From a virus (Duplodnaviria > Caudoviricetes): 64,000 nucleotides of DNA. The notes below the pieces were generated by a model that saw nothing but the letters and a program-made list of their open reading frames with translations, did not search any database and was not told the origin of the DNA. The position numbers and the translations under genes were made by a program. Position 1 is the stretch's first letter. The number at the start of each line of letters is the position of its first letter. This document shows, one piece after another, positions 29,095 through 38,239 of this stretch. The stretch lies in IMG/VR virus record IMGVR_UViG_3300044617_001934, positions 1,134 to 65,133 of that record; one strand, 5' to 3'.

Positions 29095-29376
29095 CATATT
29101 ATTCCTTGGGCATTAGAAGCCCAATCTAAAGATGTGTTCCCTATACAGTTTGAACTAGATACCATTTATATAGATCGTCGGTTTAAGGAATTTTTAGCAA
29201 TTTATGAACAGTTGTTAAAACTTGAGTTTAGTAAGACTGAAATTGATAGTGGTGATTACAGAAGTGATAGGTTAATGAAAGTTTTTGATCAGTATTGGGA
29301 TTTGGAAGAAAAAATAAAAATAATCAGAGGAACTAGATTAATGCAGCTAATTAGTTATGTTGCATTAAGTAAATAA
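29095..29376 (+). pseudogene. csf1: 3' fragment of Csf1 (type IV large-subunit-like)
   Basis: Frame HIIPWALEAQSKDVFPIQFELD..LLKLEFSKTEIDSGDY..RG begins at the junction, without the Cys-rich N-terminal half. Confidence 0.6.
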
Positions 29377-29379
29377 TAC

Positions 29380-29413
29380 AAAAACCCTGATAACTTAACT
29401 GCTATCAGGGTTT
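29380..29413. terminator. terminator hairpin with ACTTAACTGC loop
   Basis: AAACCCTGATA..TATCAGGGTTT between convergent genes. Confidence 0.7.
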
Positions 29414-29419
29414 CGCTTT

Positions 29420-29566
29420 TTAATCTTCTAACAAATCAAATTGTTCAAATAGATCGTCAGCGCGATCGCTTTTAGATTCTATCTTTTCCGGTTCTGTTTC
29501 CGTTGCACGTCGGGCAACATAAAACTGATTGCTTATTAGGTCAAATCCTATTCTGTGTGGCTTCAT
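29420..29566 (-). CDS. small hypothetical protein (48 aa, MKPHRIGFDLISNQFYV..)
   Basis: Translated by hand; follows 29570-29755. Confidence 0.45.
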   Translation of the reverse strand: MKPHRIGFDLISNQFYVARRATETEPEKIESKSDRADDLFEQFDLLED

Positions 29567-29569
29567 TAT

Positions 29570-29755
29570 TTATCGTCCTGGTACAAAGTTGATAGCTAGT
29601 TGGTTGATTATTGTGTACGCTTCATCAGGTAAGCCATAAGTTAAGTCATCTAACTCTAAACCTGATTCTATTGCTTCACCAATCCATCTGGCATTATCAA
29701 AACCACCAAGGATAGATGCGTTAGTTGTGCAAACGTCAATAGGAGAACGTTTCAT
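29570..29755 (-). CDS. small hypothetical protein
   Basis: 61 aa with conserved leader ACATAAAACAAAGGTAAAACAG-ATG. Confidence 0.65.
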   Translation of the reverse strand: MKRSPIDVCTTNASILGGFDNARWIGEAIESGLELDDLTYGLPDEAYTIINQLAINFVPGR

Positions 29756-29856
29756 CTGTTTTACCTTTGTTTTATGTCTCTATGTTTTGAATGATAAAAT
29801 AGATAAAATGAAAATTCAATAGTTAGAAATGCTTAATTTAATCTGGTAAGTTTGCA

Positions 29857-29906
29857 ATAAATTTAGTGATCAGCTTAGACCATAAATTTAGTGATCAGCT
29901 TAGACC
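29857..29906. repeat. perfect 25-bp tandem duplication ATAAATTTAGTGATCAGCTTAGACC
   Basis: 29857-29881 and 29882-29906. Confidence 0.9.
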
Positions 29907-30085
29907 GTGTGGTTTTCTGCTGTTTTGCATATTTTATTAGCTTGGTTAGTTGTTCCTCAGTTAACCGGACTCTCAAGATTGCTGTTTTGTTGGGCATGGG
30001 AATATTTTATTGATTTTGTGGTTACAATTCTAGTATATTATGGTATGATAGATAAAACAAGAGAAAACAGAGGTAAAACAGAAAT

Positions 30086-31483
30086 ATGGCTGTAATCTGT
30101 AGCAATGAAGAAAACTCAACGGGTATTTATCATTCGGGAGATTTTAGAATATTTCTAACTGACAACGAAGCGGAACTCTATAAAAAGAGTTGTTTTTTAT
30201 TTTTAAAAACTTTTGAGATTTTAGAAGACAAAGATACTTCCTTAGTAGATGGAAATACTGGCTGTCATACATGGTTAACAACTGGTATTCATGCCTTTGA
30301 TATAAATTACCCTCCATATCTAAAAAAGGCAGTAATAAAACATTACTGTGATCTATTAACAAACCCTGAGTCAAAACTGCCAACTTTGGGCTATGATCAT
30401 GATCCTTTGAAAGTTACTGCGGAAGCATTAGCACTTGCACCTTTATACTGGTTAGCAAAAGAAATTAAAAGACATCCTGATTGGTTGGAAGAAACCCATG
30501 TGTTTCCTTTACTTTGGCAAGTAGCTATTGATGTAGATGCTCTAGATAGAAAAGAGAATCATAAATATTATGGGTGGTCAAGTGCTGAAGAGCAAACAGA
30601 GTTTATGGAATCTCGATACCCTACAGATTTAGAAGATAACGACATTAACAAGTGGCAGAATTTATGCTATAGGGTATCTGACAGATTATTGAAGTCTTAT
30701 GACTCAGACTGGCAAATGTTTTTTCATAAAGCAGAAGTCTATGAGAACTATATTAAAGGGACAGACTTACTACCAATAGAGGAAATTAACAACCTAACTA
30801 AACCAATGACACAAACCACATTAGAACCACAACAAACAGACTCAGAAGACTCTGTATTTATTCCTAGTTTTTCCATTAAAAAACTTGGTAGAGTTTTATT
30901 AGGTGATCACCAAAATTTACCAGATTCCCCCGGTATCTACTTTGCAATTGATTCAGCCAACCGTGTTTGGTATGTTGGTATTTCTACTTCTAGCTTGAGA
31001 GAACGTCACGCTAAACATGAGAAGCTAGAGGATTTTAAAACTAATAAAGTTCAACATATAGCCTACTTTGTCTGGACTGATGAACAAGATTTACACGAAT
31101 GGGAACTAGGTTATATTCAGAAGTTTGATCCACCACTGAATATGAACCACACTAAGAAAGATTTACCACAAATTGACTTAGGGTATAGTGAGGAACATTT
31201 CATCAGCAGGTACAGGGAAATAAAGGATCAGATAAAGCTGTTGGAACAGGAAATGGAGGAACTGAAACCCAATCTTGTCACCCTTTTAGAAGCAAACGGT
31301 GGTAAACTTGCTGACAAGTCACTAGGATTTAGCGGATACACTCAAAGTAGAAAAACTTGGCAATATTCTCCAGACTTGGAAGCTAAGAAAGAAGCTATTA
31401 GAGAGTTACAGAAACATGAAGAGGAAACGGGTATTGCAACTGTGAAATCAATTACTACTTACCCTGTTTTCCGATTTAGATAA
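30086..31483 (+). CDS. multi-domain protein with GIY-YIG nuclease domain
   Basis: LPDSPGIYF..WYVGIS..LRER..E..YIQKFDPPLN in C-terminal half. Confidence 0.8.
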   Translation: MAVICSNEENSTGIYHSGDFRIFLTDNEAELYKKSCFLFLKTFEILEDKDTSLVDGNTGCHTWLTTGIHAFDINYPPYLKKAVIKHYCDLLTNPESKLPTLGYDHDPLKVTAEALALAPLYWLAKEIKRHPDWLEETHVFPLLWQVAIDVDALDRKENHKYYGWSSAEEQTEFMESRYPTDLEDNDINKWQNLCYRVSDRLLKSYDSDWQMFFHKAEVYENYIKGTDLLPIEEINNLTKPMTQTTLEPQQTDSEDSVFIPSFSIKKLGRVLLGDHQNLPDSPGIYFAIDSANRVWYVGISTSSLRERHAKHEKLEDFKTNKVQHIAYFVWTDEQDLHEWELGYIQKFDPPLNMNHTKKDLPQIDLGYSEEHFISRYREIKDQIKLLEQEMEELKPNLVTLLEANGGKLADKSLGFSGYTQSRKTWQYSPDLEAKKEAIRELQKHEEETGIATVKSITTYPVFRFR

Positions 31484-31912
31484 CTAGACTAAAAATAAAT
31501 AGTTCAATTTATGCCTGCTTAAACAAACTAGGCGGGTTTTTTGCTATCTACTAGCATCCTATAAAAAATCTTTACCAAAAAATCCTGAAATTTTTTAACC
31601 CTGTTGCATACTGGGTTTTTGACTTATGTAATATTCATTCACAGCGTACTACACACTGTTTTATAAAATATTCTACCAGCATAATTTTGTTTCTCGTGAT
31701 AGGGTGAAATAGTCCACCTCATTTTAAGTATTTTATAAAGCACTATGTTAAATATTTTCGTTTTATTACTTATTTTATCGTATTTTACCGACTTTATAAC
31801 CCGTCTAGGTAAAATTCTAGGAAATTCTCAAAAAAATACCACCCGTTTCTCGCTAACAGGTGGTATACTATATTTATCCAAAAATACTTTTACGAGATGA
31901 GAGTAGTATAAC

Positions 31913-34900
31913 ATGAAAATTGTTAATGAAACAAATTCTGATATAGAATTTTTAGACAATATAGAAATTTTATTTGGCTACCTATTTGGAATGCCCATTG
32001 AGGCATTCTGCCAAAAACATAATTTCATGCTACGGACGGGTAAGGGGTACTATACCTACGAAAAAGGCAAAAAAGTTTTTAAAGAGTCATACCATAACTA
32101 CTATTACCTTGCACCAGATGGTAACAAGGAAGTACAAGACTACTATTATGCAAAAGATTTAGCCGCTAGGGAAAAAGCACAGGCAGGTGCAGAAGAGGAA
32201 GCAAAAGCTAGTGGTAAGGTATTAAAGAAAAACCCAATAGAAAATGACAACTTTATAAAAGGCTTTGATCAACTAAAGCGGTGGCTACGTAATAAAAGAC
32301 ACGAAGGGTTGTTTGTTTACATCCTTCCTAACAGTGTTGATTCCGGTTGTGCTGCTAGTGAAATAGATAAATTTAACTCTAAATGCCGTGTAATGCGGAT
32401 TGAGAATGATGATTTAGCCCCGTTAGAAGTCAAGTCTGGGTATTTTGCCCAATTAGGATTACCTGAACCATCATTAAAAGTTTACTCTGGTGGTAAATCC
32501 CCCCACTTCCTATTTACTTTCCATGCTGAAAGTGAAAATGATGATTTACCAGGCTTTGAATGGGAACGATTAGCAGAACTCAATGCCCAACTACTCAGAC
32601 ACTCAGGGCATGATGGTTATCACAAAACTATTCAAACTTTAATTAATGAAGCAAAAACATTATTAATTCGCTTACCAGGATTTACACACCAAAAAACCCG
32701 TAGGGAATCCAGAATCTTAGAATACGGGAATATCTGGGATATTAATGAACTGGAAGCAGAAGTAAGTAAATTTCCTAAACTTGGTGACTACGATAAGACC
32801 TATACAAGCGGTGTACAACCATTTGAATTAATCCAGTCACCAGAGTGGAAACTCCGTTTTTTACCCTATAAGTCATACGCACAGGAACAAGCTGAGAGAG
32901 CAGCTAAGGAAGCTGAAAGACAAGCCAAATTAGAGGAAGGACGTAAAGCGCGGGAAAAGCAGTTAGCAGGACTTACACCACAAGAAATACAACGTAGAGC
33001 AGAATCTATCAATGGTGAGGAAATTTCCTTACTACGGCTTGTTTATCCCTCAGTGAAGGCACAAATTGAACATGGGACTCCTGATGGTGCAGGACGTTCT
33101 CACCAAGCAGCTACAGCAGTAGCCAAAAACCTAATAGAAGCTGAGTTATTGGTTAAAAACTCACCACTGAAAGCTATTGAGACTCCAGAGGACTTATTCC
33201 AACAGTGGGTTAACAGGACTTTCAGCAGCAATGAAGGTGATTTGATCAAAAAGGTTTGGCATACATTCAATAAACTACGTAGTGATAAGCATATAAGCCC
33301 AAAACCCAGACAAATTGACTTCTTTGAAAGTCTAATTACCAAAAAACAAGAGGTTAAAGTTGGTGAAGACGCGATCGCGCATCTATTTCATAACCGCACT
33401 ATCACAAATCTGATTGAAGAAACAGTCAGAGGACTAAAACAGAAGTCACAGAAAACTACCCTAGCTGATTTACCTGTACTTTATAATGCTAACGAGAACG
33501 GTTGGAATAATGCTCAGTTATTTCTCGATCAACACAAATCAATCTATATTACAACAGCACCTACCCACGCTTTAGAATTAATTGAAGCTGGTATACCTGG
33601 TGTGGTCTACGTTAATCCGGAAACACTAGCCATGAACCTACACTTACTAGCTGAAATGGCTTGTGAGAATGGTTACAGCTTTAACTTTACTCCTAATGCA
33701 CCAGGTACTGATAGAACTTTAGCTGAAAACCTACGTTCTGGATATTACAGTCAGCTAACCCGTAATGCGCTCAGAAAAAACAAGAAAGATACCAAAATCA
33801 AGGATTACAAACCAGAAGTAATTGTAATTTGTGAGAAGGGTATTGAGTGGTCTGCACACTATTACTGGACAAGGGCTAAACAGATTATTTCTCCTGAGAT
33901 GTTGGGTAATAAAAAAGATGACAAAGCATTAATCTGGGGATTTTCAGACAAGAAAAAATGGTTTAGTGAAGTAGTTGAGCAATGTGAGGAATTGGCCAAA
34001 ACCCGCAAGCTGATTGCAATGATCTCTGAGATGGGAACAGGTAAAACTGAGGTTATTGGAAGTCGTGTCAAAAGCTGGGGTAATGGTAAGATTCTTGCGA
34101 TCGCGCACAGAGAACAATTAACTAGACAAGCAGCTAAACGTCTAAACCTTGTGGACTACAAGGATAACAAATACGGAACTTCTGCTGATAAATACGAAGC
34201 TGCTAAACAGCAAGGTCTAGCAATCACAATCAATACTTTGTGTCAGGGTACAAGTGAGCAAGGTTATTTACCTGATTTTAAAATTGAACATTGGGAAAAT
34301 TGCACACTGGTAATTGATGAAGCAGAATCATTCATTAAATACCTTATTGAATCATCAACCATTGCTGAAAACCGTCAAAAAGCCATAGATGCGCTAATGA
34401 CTCTGATTCATGCAGTGTACAAAGGTGGTGGTAGGTTGATTATTGCAGACGCTAACTTACGTGCAGTAACTATCAATCTTTTTGAGAAATGGTTAGGTGG
34501 TGAAAAGTACCAACCAAATACTAAAGCGGGAGACTACAACGCTTACATTATTCTTAACTGCTACAACAAATTTAAAGAGGAAGGCAGAACTGCTATTTTT
34601 GCAGATGTCCGCGATGGTTTACTCTCAGAAGTTACTCGCAGAATAGAAGCACAAGGTAGTACGCACAAGGCTTTCTTCTTTACAGATGTAAAAAATGCCT
34701 CTGGTAAATATTCCTTTGGTACTCAGAGCTTTGGAACACTTGCTAGAGAACGTGGTTATGGTCGAATCATAGATGCTGACACTCGTTTATTTTCAGACGA
34801 TCCCGATCATCAAACAGTTGAAAAATTGCATGAATTAGTAAAGGTTTGCTGCAAAGGTATTATCTTTATCTCCCCAGTGATTGATTCCGGTACTGACTGG

Positions 34901-36322
34901 AATAATTTAGGTATTGACTGCGTGTACGGTGTTTATATGGGGATTATGGGGATTGACAATACCTTACAGCAGCTAGAGCGTGTCAGAGATAATGTTCCTA
35001 GATTTATTTGGGCTGCACGTCGTTCCTCTATGGGGATGACTAAAGGGGATATTCAAAACCTAGAAAAGAATTTTGAGGAAATTCGCCGCAGTTATGACAG
35101 TTCCAAAGTTGATCTGATTAAAACTTGGGAAGAAACTAAAGTAGTTCAGCATGATGAGATTGCCAACCGTATTTTAAGCCAATTTCCCCAGTTTAATCCT
35201 GACTTACTTGAATGGTGGCAACAGTCCTTAGATGAAAGTTTCTATGCTGCTCAGGAGTTCAGAATTAATCTGAAAGCCAGGATGCAAGAAAAAGGCTACA
35301 CCATTGATACTAAAGATTTTGAAGTTGATCAGGAATTTATTGATACTCTCAAAATTCATGGTGAGGCTCAGAAAGAACTCAAATACTATGAAATTGCTAA
35401 TGCTGATTTATCCCTGTTAGATAAGATTGATAAAAACGATGACACTATGCCAAAAGCCACAGCACGGGCTAAAGACTTAAAGAGTGTGATTTCTGCTTTA
35501 GGGATTAAACAAGACAGTGATTATGGTGTGGGATGCTACAAACCAGAAGAAATTTTAGAATTAGTTAAACGGACTCTCAACAAAAAAGCTAAAGTACGTC
35601 GGATGATGATCTACGGATTTGGTTTCCGTTGTGCTATGACAAATGATCAATTTGAAGTTGCTAAAGTTATCTTCATGGCTGAAGAGTTCAGGCACATGAT
35701 CAACTCCACTAGCAGGTCAGTCAAAGACACACCTATGTCAGTCCGTGCCGGAATTGACTTCATGCTCCAAAAAATGCAAATCAAAGAATTAGGTCAAGCA
35801 CTAATTAAAGAAGCTATTGATCGCGGTAAAGTTGATGATTCTGATAATCCTAGACCTGTAATGTTTTTCCACAACAGGATGCCAATTATTCTCAAAACTA
35901 ATAAGGTATTGGTTGAACACCGCAACTATGTTAAGAAAACTTTTGGTTTTGAAGTTGATATCCGTCCAGAAATGGCAGCTAGAAATATTGCTACTTTCTT
36001 TAGTCATATTGGTTTCAGTGTGGAAAAAGGCCGCAACCGTGAACAAGGTGAGGGTAAAGCAGCAGGGGGTAACGCTCCTTTAAATAACTACACAGTCAAG
36101 GAAGATCAATTAACCCTTAAAGTTTGGCAGGGTTGGGTTCACGCCTATGAAAGCACTGATGAAGCAATGTTTAGCTATTTCCATAATCCATCAGGTGACG
36201 AGGGTGGTGATAATCCCTGGAAAAATAGCTACGGTGTAAATCTTGAGGAAAAAGATAAACAGATTAGTAAAGAGGTTTTCCAACGACTCCACAGACAGCT
36301 AGAAATTCCTTTAAGAGTCTAG
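31913..36322 (+). CDS. replication protein: RepB-like primase fused to CyRepA1/origin-binding SF2-like helicase
   Basis: IENDD..LPEPSLKVYSGGKSPH..IRLPGF primase motifs; MGTGKT, IAHREQL, LVIDEAES, IADA, SPVIDSG, QQLERVR helicase motifs. Confidence 0.8.
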   Translation: MKIVNETNSDIEFLDNIEILFGYLFGMPIEAFCQKHNFMLRTGKGYYTYEKGKKVFKESYHNYYYLAPDGNKEVQDYYYAKDLAAREKAQAGAEEEAKASGKVLKKNPIENDNFIKGFDQLKRWLRNKRHEGLFVYILPNSVDSGCAASEIDKFNSKCRVMRIENDDLAPLEVKSGYFAQLGLPEPSLKVYSGGKSPHFLFTFHAESENDDLPGFEWERLAELNAQLLRHSGHDGYHKTIQTLINEAKTLLIRLPGFTHQKTRRESRILEYGNIWDINELEAEVSKFPKLGDYDKTYTSGVQPFELIQSPEWKLRFLPYKSYAQEQAERAAKEAERQAKLEEGRKAREKQLAGLTPQEIQRRAESINGEEISLLRLVYPSVKAQIEHGTPDGAGRSHQAATAVAKNLIEAELLVKNSPLKAIETPEDLFQQWVNRTFSSNEGDLIKKVWHTFNKLRSDKHISPKPRQIDFFESLITKKQEVKVGEDAIAHLFHNRTITNLIEETVRGLKQKSQKTTLADLPVLYNANENGWNNAQLFLDQHKSIYITTAPTHALELIEAGIPGVVYVNPETLAMNLHLLAEMACENGYSFNFTPNAPGTDRTLAENLRSGYYSQLTRNALRKNKKDTKIKDYKPEVIVICEKGIEWSAHYYWTRAKQIISPEMLGNKKDDKALIWGFSDKKKWFSEVVEQCEELAKTRKLIAMISEMGTGKTEVIGSRVKSWGNGKILAIAHREQLTRQAAKRLNLVDYKDNKYGTSADKYEAAKQQGLAITINTLCQGTSEQGYLPDFKIEHWENCTLVIDEAESFIKYLIESSTIAENRQKAIDALMTLIHAVYKGGGRLIIADANLRAVTINLFEKWLGGEKYQPNTKAGDYNAYIILNCYNKFKEEGRTAIFADVRDGLLSEVTRRIEAQGSTHKAFFFTDVKNASGKYSFGTQSFGTLARERGYGRIIDADTRLFSDDPDHQTVEKLHELVKVCCKGIIFISPVIDSGTDWNNLGIDCVYGVYMGIMGIDNTLQQLERVRDNVPRFIWAARRSSMGMTKGDIQNLEKNFEEIRRSYDSSKVDLIKTWEETKVVQHDEIANRILSQFPQFNPDLLEWWQQSLDESFYAAQEFRINLKARMQEKGYTIDTKDFEVDQEFIDTLKIHGEAQKELKYYEIANADLSLLDKIDKNDDTMPKATARAKDLKSVISALGIKQDSDYGVGCYKPEEILELVKRTLNKKAKVRRMMIYGFGFRCAMTNDQFEVAKVIFMAEEFRHMINSTSRSVKDTPMSVRAGIDFMLQKMQIKELGQALIKEAIDRGKVDDSDNPRPVMFFHNRMPIILKTNKVLVEHRNYVKKTFGFEVDIRPEMAARNIATFFSHIGFSVEKGRNREQGEGKAAGGNAPLNNYTVKEDQLTLKVWQGWVHAYESTDEAMFSYFHNPSGDEGGDNPWKNSYGVNLEEKDKQISKEVFQRLHRQLEIPLRV

Positions 36323-36610
36323 AAATTCTAAAAATAATTAAAGCATCAACCGAGCCTAGAAACTCGGTTATAGCCGTTTGTAGTTGCTCTCCTGTTTTTA
36401 GGGATTTTGGGGGAATTTATAGGTTATTTGCTAAAGCACATTTAAAATAATAGGTAATTATATTATTTAAGTTTAAATACTTTTAAGTAGTAATAGTAAT
36501 TCTGTACTCTTTTGAGTAAAGTTGGGTGAGTGCGATCGCTTCTCAAGCGCCTAAACTAAGTTTTCTTCGGATCTCTAAAATCTTGAAACCCTTGATATAT
36601 AAGACTTTTA

Positions 36611-36665
36611 AAGGTGATCCGAGGTTAGTAAAATTCTATAGCTATTACTAACTTTGGATCACCTT
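36611..36665. repeat. inverted repeat AAGGTGATCC..GGATCACCTT, candidate origin/priming hairpin
   Basis: 21-bp imperfect arms about 290 bp after the Rep gene; related to 1826-1877. Confidence 0.65.
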
Positions 36666-36857
36666 AGAATCTTTATATAGCAAGCACTCTGATTAATCAT
36701 GACCCCGGCGAATGCGGTGGTTTTGGAGAAAGTAACTTTGGACGATGCTAGGCTAAGTACAAGTATAAAAAATTATTTTTAATTTAAGTATTGACTTCTC
36801 TTTCTATATCCCCTAATATAGAGATATAGAGAACAAACAACACGGGAGACAAAACAG

Positions 36858-37337
36858 ATGGCTACTTCATACACCTTTCAAATCCGCGTAATCAAAAACC
36901 AAATAGCTGCTTGCTTACGGGAAATTGCTAAAGGTGTTAAGTATTTCGTTGATTCCCTAGTTGTTCTCGAAGATCAATTAGAAAAATTAGAAGTAAAACA
37001 GGAACGAAAAGTAATGAAAGTCCAAACTAAAACAGGCTCAGAATCTCATACCACCAACTGGAGATCCGCAACTGTCACAGTTAATGGTAAACCAATCTAT
37101 AAAGCCTTAAATCCTTTAGAAAAACCAGAATGGGAATTAGTGGGTAACAAAGGTAAACATGGTAAATGGTGTATTGCTGAGTATGTTCTGCCAGTAGGTG
37201 CAGTTGTTAAATTCGTAGCTAAAGCAAATGGTCAAACCCCTATTGAGTTTGAATTTGTTGTGGGTGCTGTTGATTCTGTAGATGTTGATGGCTACAACTA
37301 CAATAATGATACCTGTGGTTGGATTGTTTCAATCTAA
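36858..37337 (+). CDS. hypothetical protein
   Basis: 159 aa behind TTGACT-17-TAATAT (36791-36819), GGGAG RBS. Confidence 0.75.
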   Translation: MATSYTFQIRVIKNQIAACLREIAKGVKYFVDSLVVLEDQLEKLEVKQERKVMKVQTKTGSESHTTNWRSATVTVNGKPIYKALNPLEKPEWELVGNKGKHGKWCIAEYVLPVGAVVKFVAKANGQTPIEFEFVVGAVDSVDVDGYNYNNDTCGWIVSI

Positions 37338-38059
37338 TGCAACATAACCACGACCGGGACGGCTACCACAGTTTAATCAGCCGTCTCACCGGAACAAAAA
37401 GCAAAAACACCGCAGACATCAGGAAACTTAATTGTATTCCTGATGGACTGAAAAAGATTGATTTAAGACGGCTTGACGATTTAAAAGCCATTGTGGACTA
37501 TTTGGAACAGCAAAGTAATAAGGGAGACAAAAAGATGGTTAAGCACAGAACAGAAGTTTATACAAAATATCACGCTTGGACAAGTTATAATAACCTGTCT
37601 CTTGAGCAAACAAAAGCAATACAAGACAGTTGTTTTGTTTGCTATGATGAAATACCGGAACAGATAGAAACCCACCTTGGTATAGTAGAACTTTATAAAT
37701 TGGGGGAGTTCCTACCAATCATTGAAGCCTATGAAAACCCAGGTAAAATCTGGAGTCACAATAGAAAATCTGATTGGTATACTCATGTTGCTACAGGTGT
37801 AAAAGTTAAAAAAACCGTCGTAAAATCAAATAATTATGATAGACCGAAAGGTGAAAGTCATTGCACAACCACACTTACAGTAAAAATTCCCTTACCATCA
37901 GAACGTGGTAAAAACCCCAACTCTCACAATAACCGTGCTATTCCTGGATTAATTTCTAAAGATATCAACCTGACTGAAGATCAATGGCAGTTAGTCGATG
38001 CCTTAGGTAAAGGTAAGGGATATTCTCAAGGGATTAGAAATTTATTGGAGAAAGTTTGA
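37337..38059 (+). CDS. hypothetical protein with C-terminal RHH-like domain
   Basis: TAATG-coupled start 37337; ends GKNPNS..INLTEDQWQLVDALG..YSQGIRNLL. Confidence 0.65.
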   Translation: MQHNHDRDGYHSLISRLTGTKSKNTADIRKLNCIPDGLKKIDLRRLDDLKAIVDYLEQQSNKGDKKMVKHRTEVYTKYHAWTSYNNLSLEQTKAIQDSCFVCYDEIPEQIETHLGIVELYKLGEFLPIIEAYENPGKIWSHNRKSDWYTHVATGVKVKKTVVKSNNYDRPKGESHCTTTLTVKIPLPSERGKNPNSHNNRAIPGLISKDINLTEDQWQLVDALGKGKGYSQGIRNLLEKV

Positions 38060-38239
38060 TCCTATCATATAAAGCTAGTAACTTTTATTACTAGCTTCTT
38101 ATTTTTAAATTAAGTATTTTTTGTAAAATAGAGGACTTATGATCGTGGTGTTGCAATGTCTCAATATTTCTAAAATAGCTAAAATATCCTAAATTTCCTG
38201 TAGTATAATTAAACTACGGGAATTTTTATTTTATATACT

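Noticed and set aside
28934-29116. 60-aa ORF as an intact gene
   Set aside because: It is the csf2 5' fragment running a few codons past the deletion junction
29857-29906. 25-bp repeat as att site or CRISPR
   Set aside because: Directly adjacent copies without spacer; simple tandem duplication; no integrase seen
29907-30095. 62-aa hydrophobic ORF (holin-like)
   Set aside because: No RBS, GTG start abuts a tandem duplication, and it overlaps the promoter/leader of 30086; not excluded but unsupported
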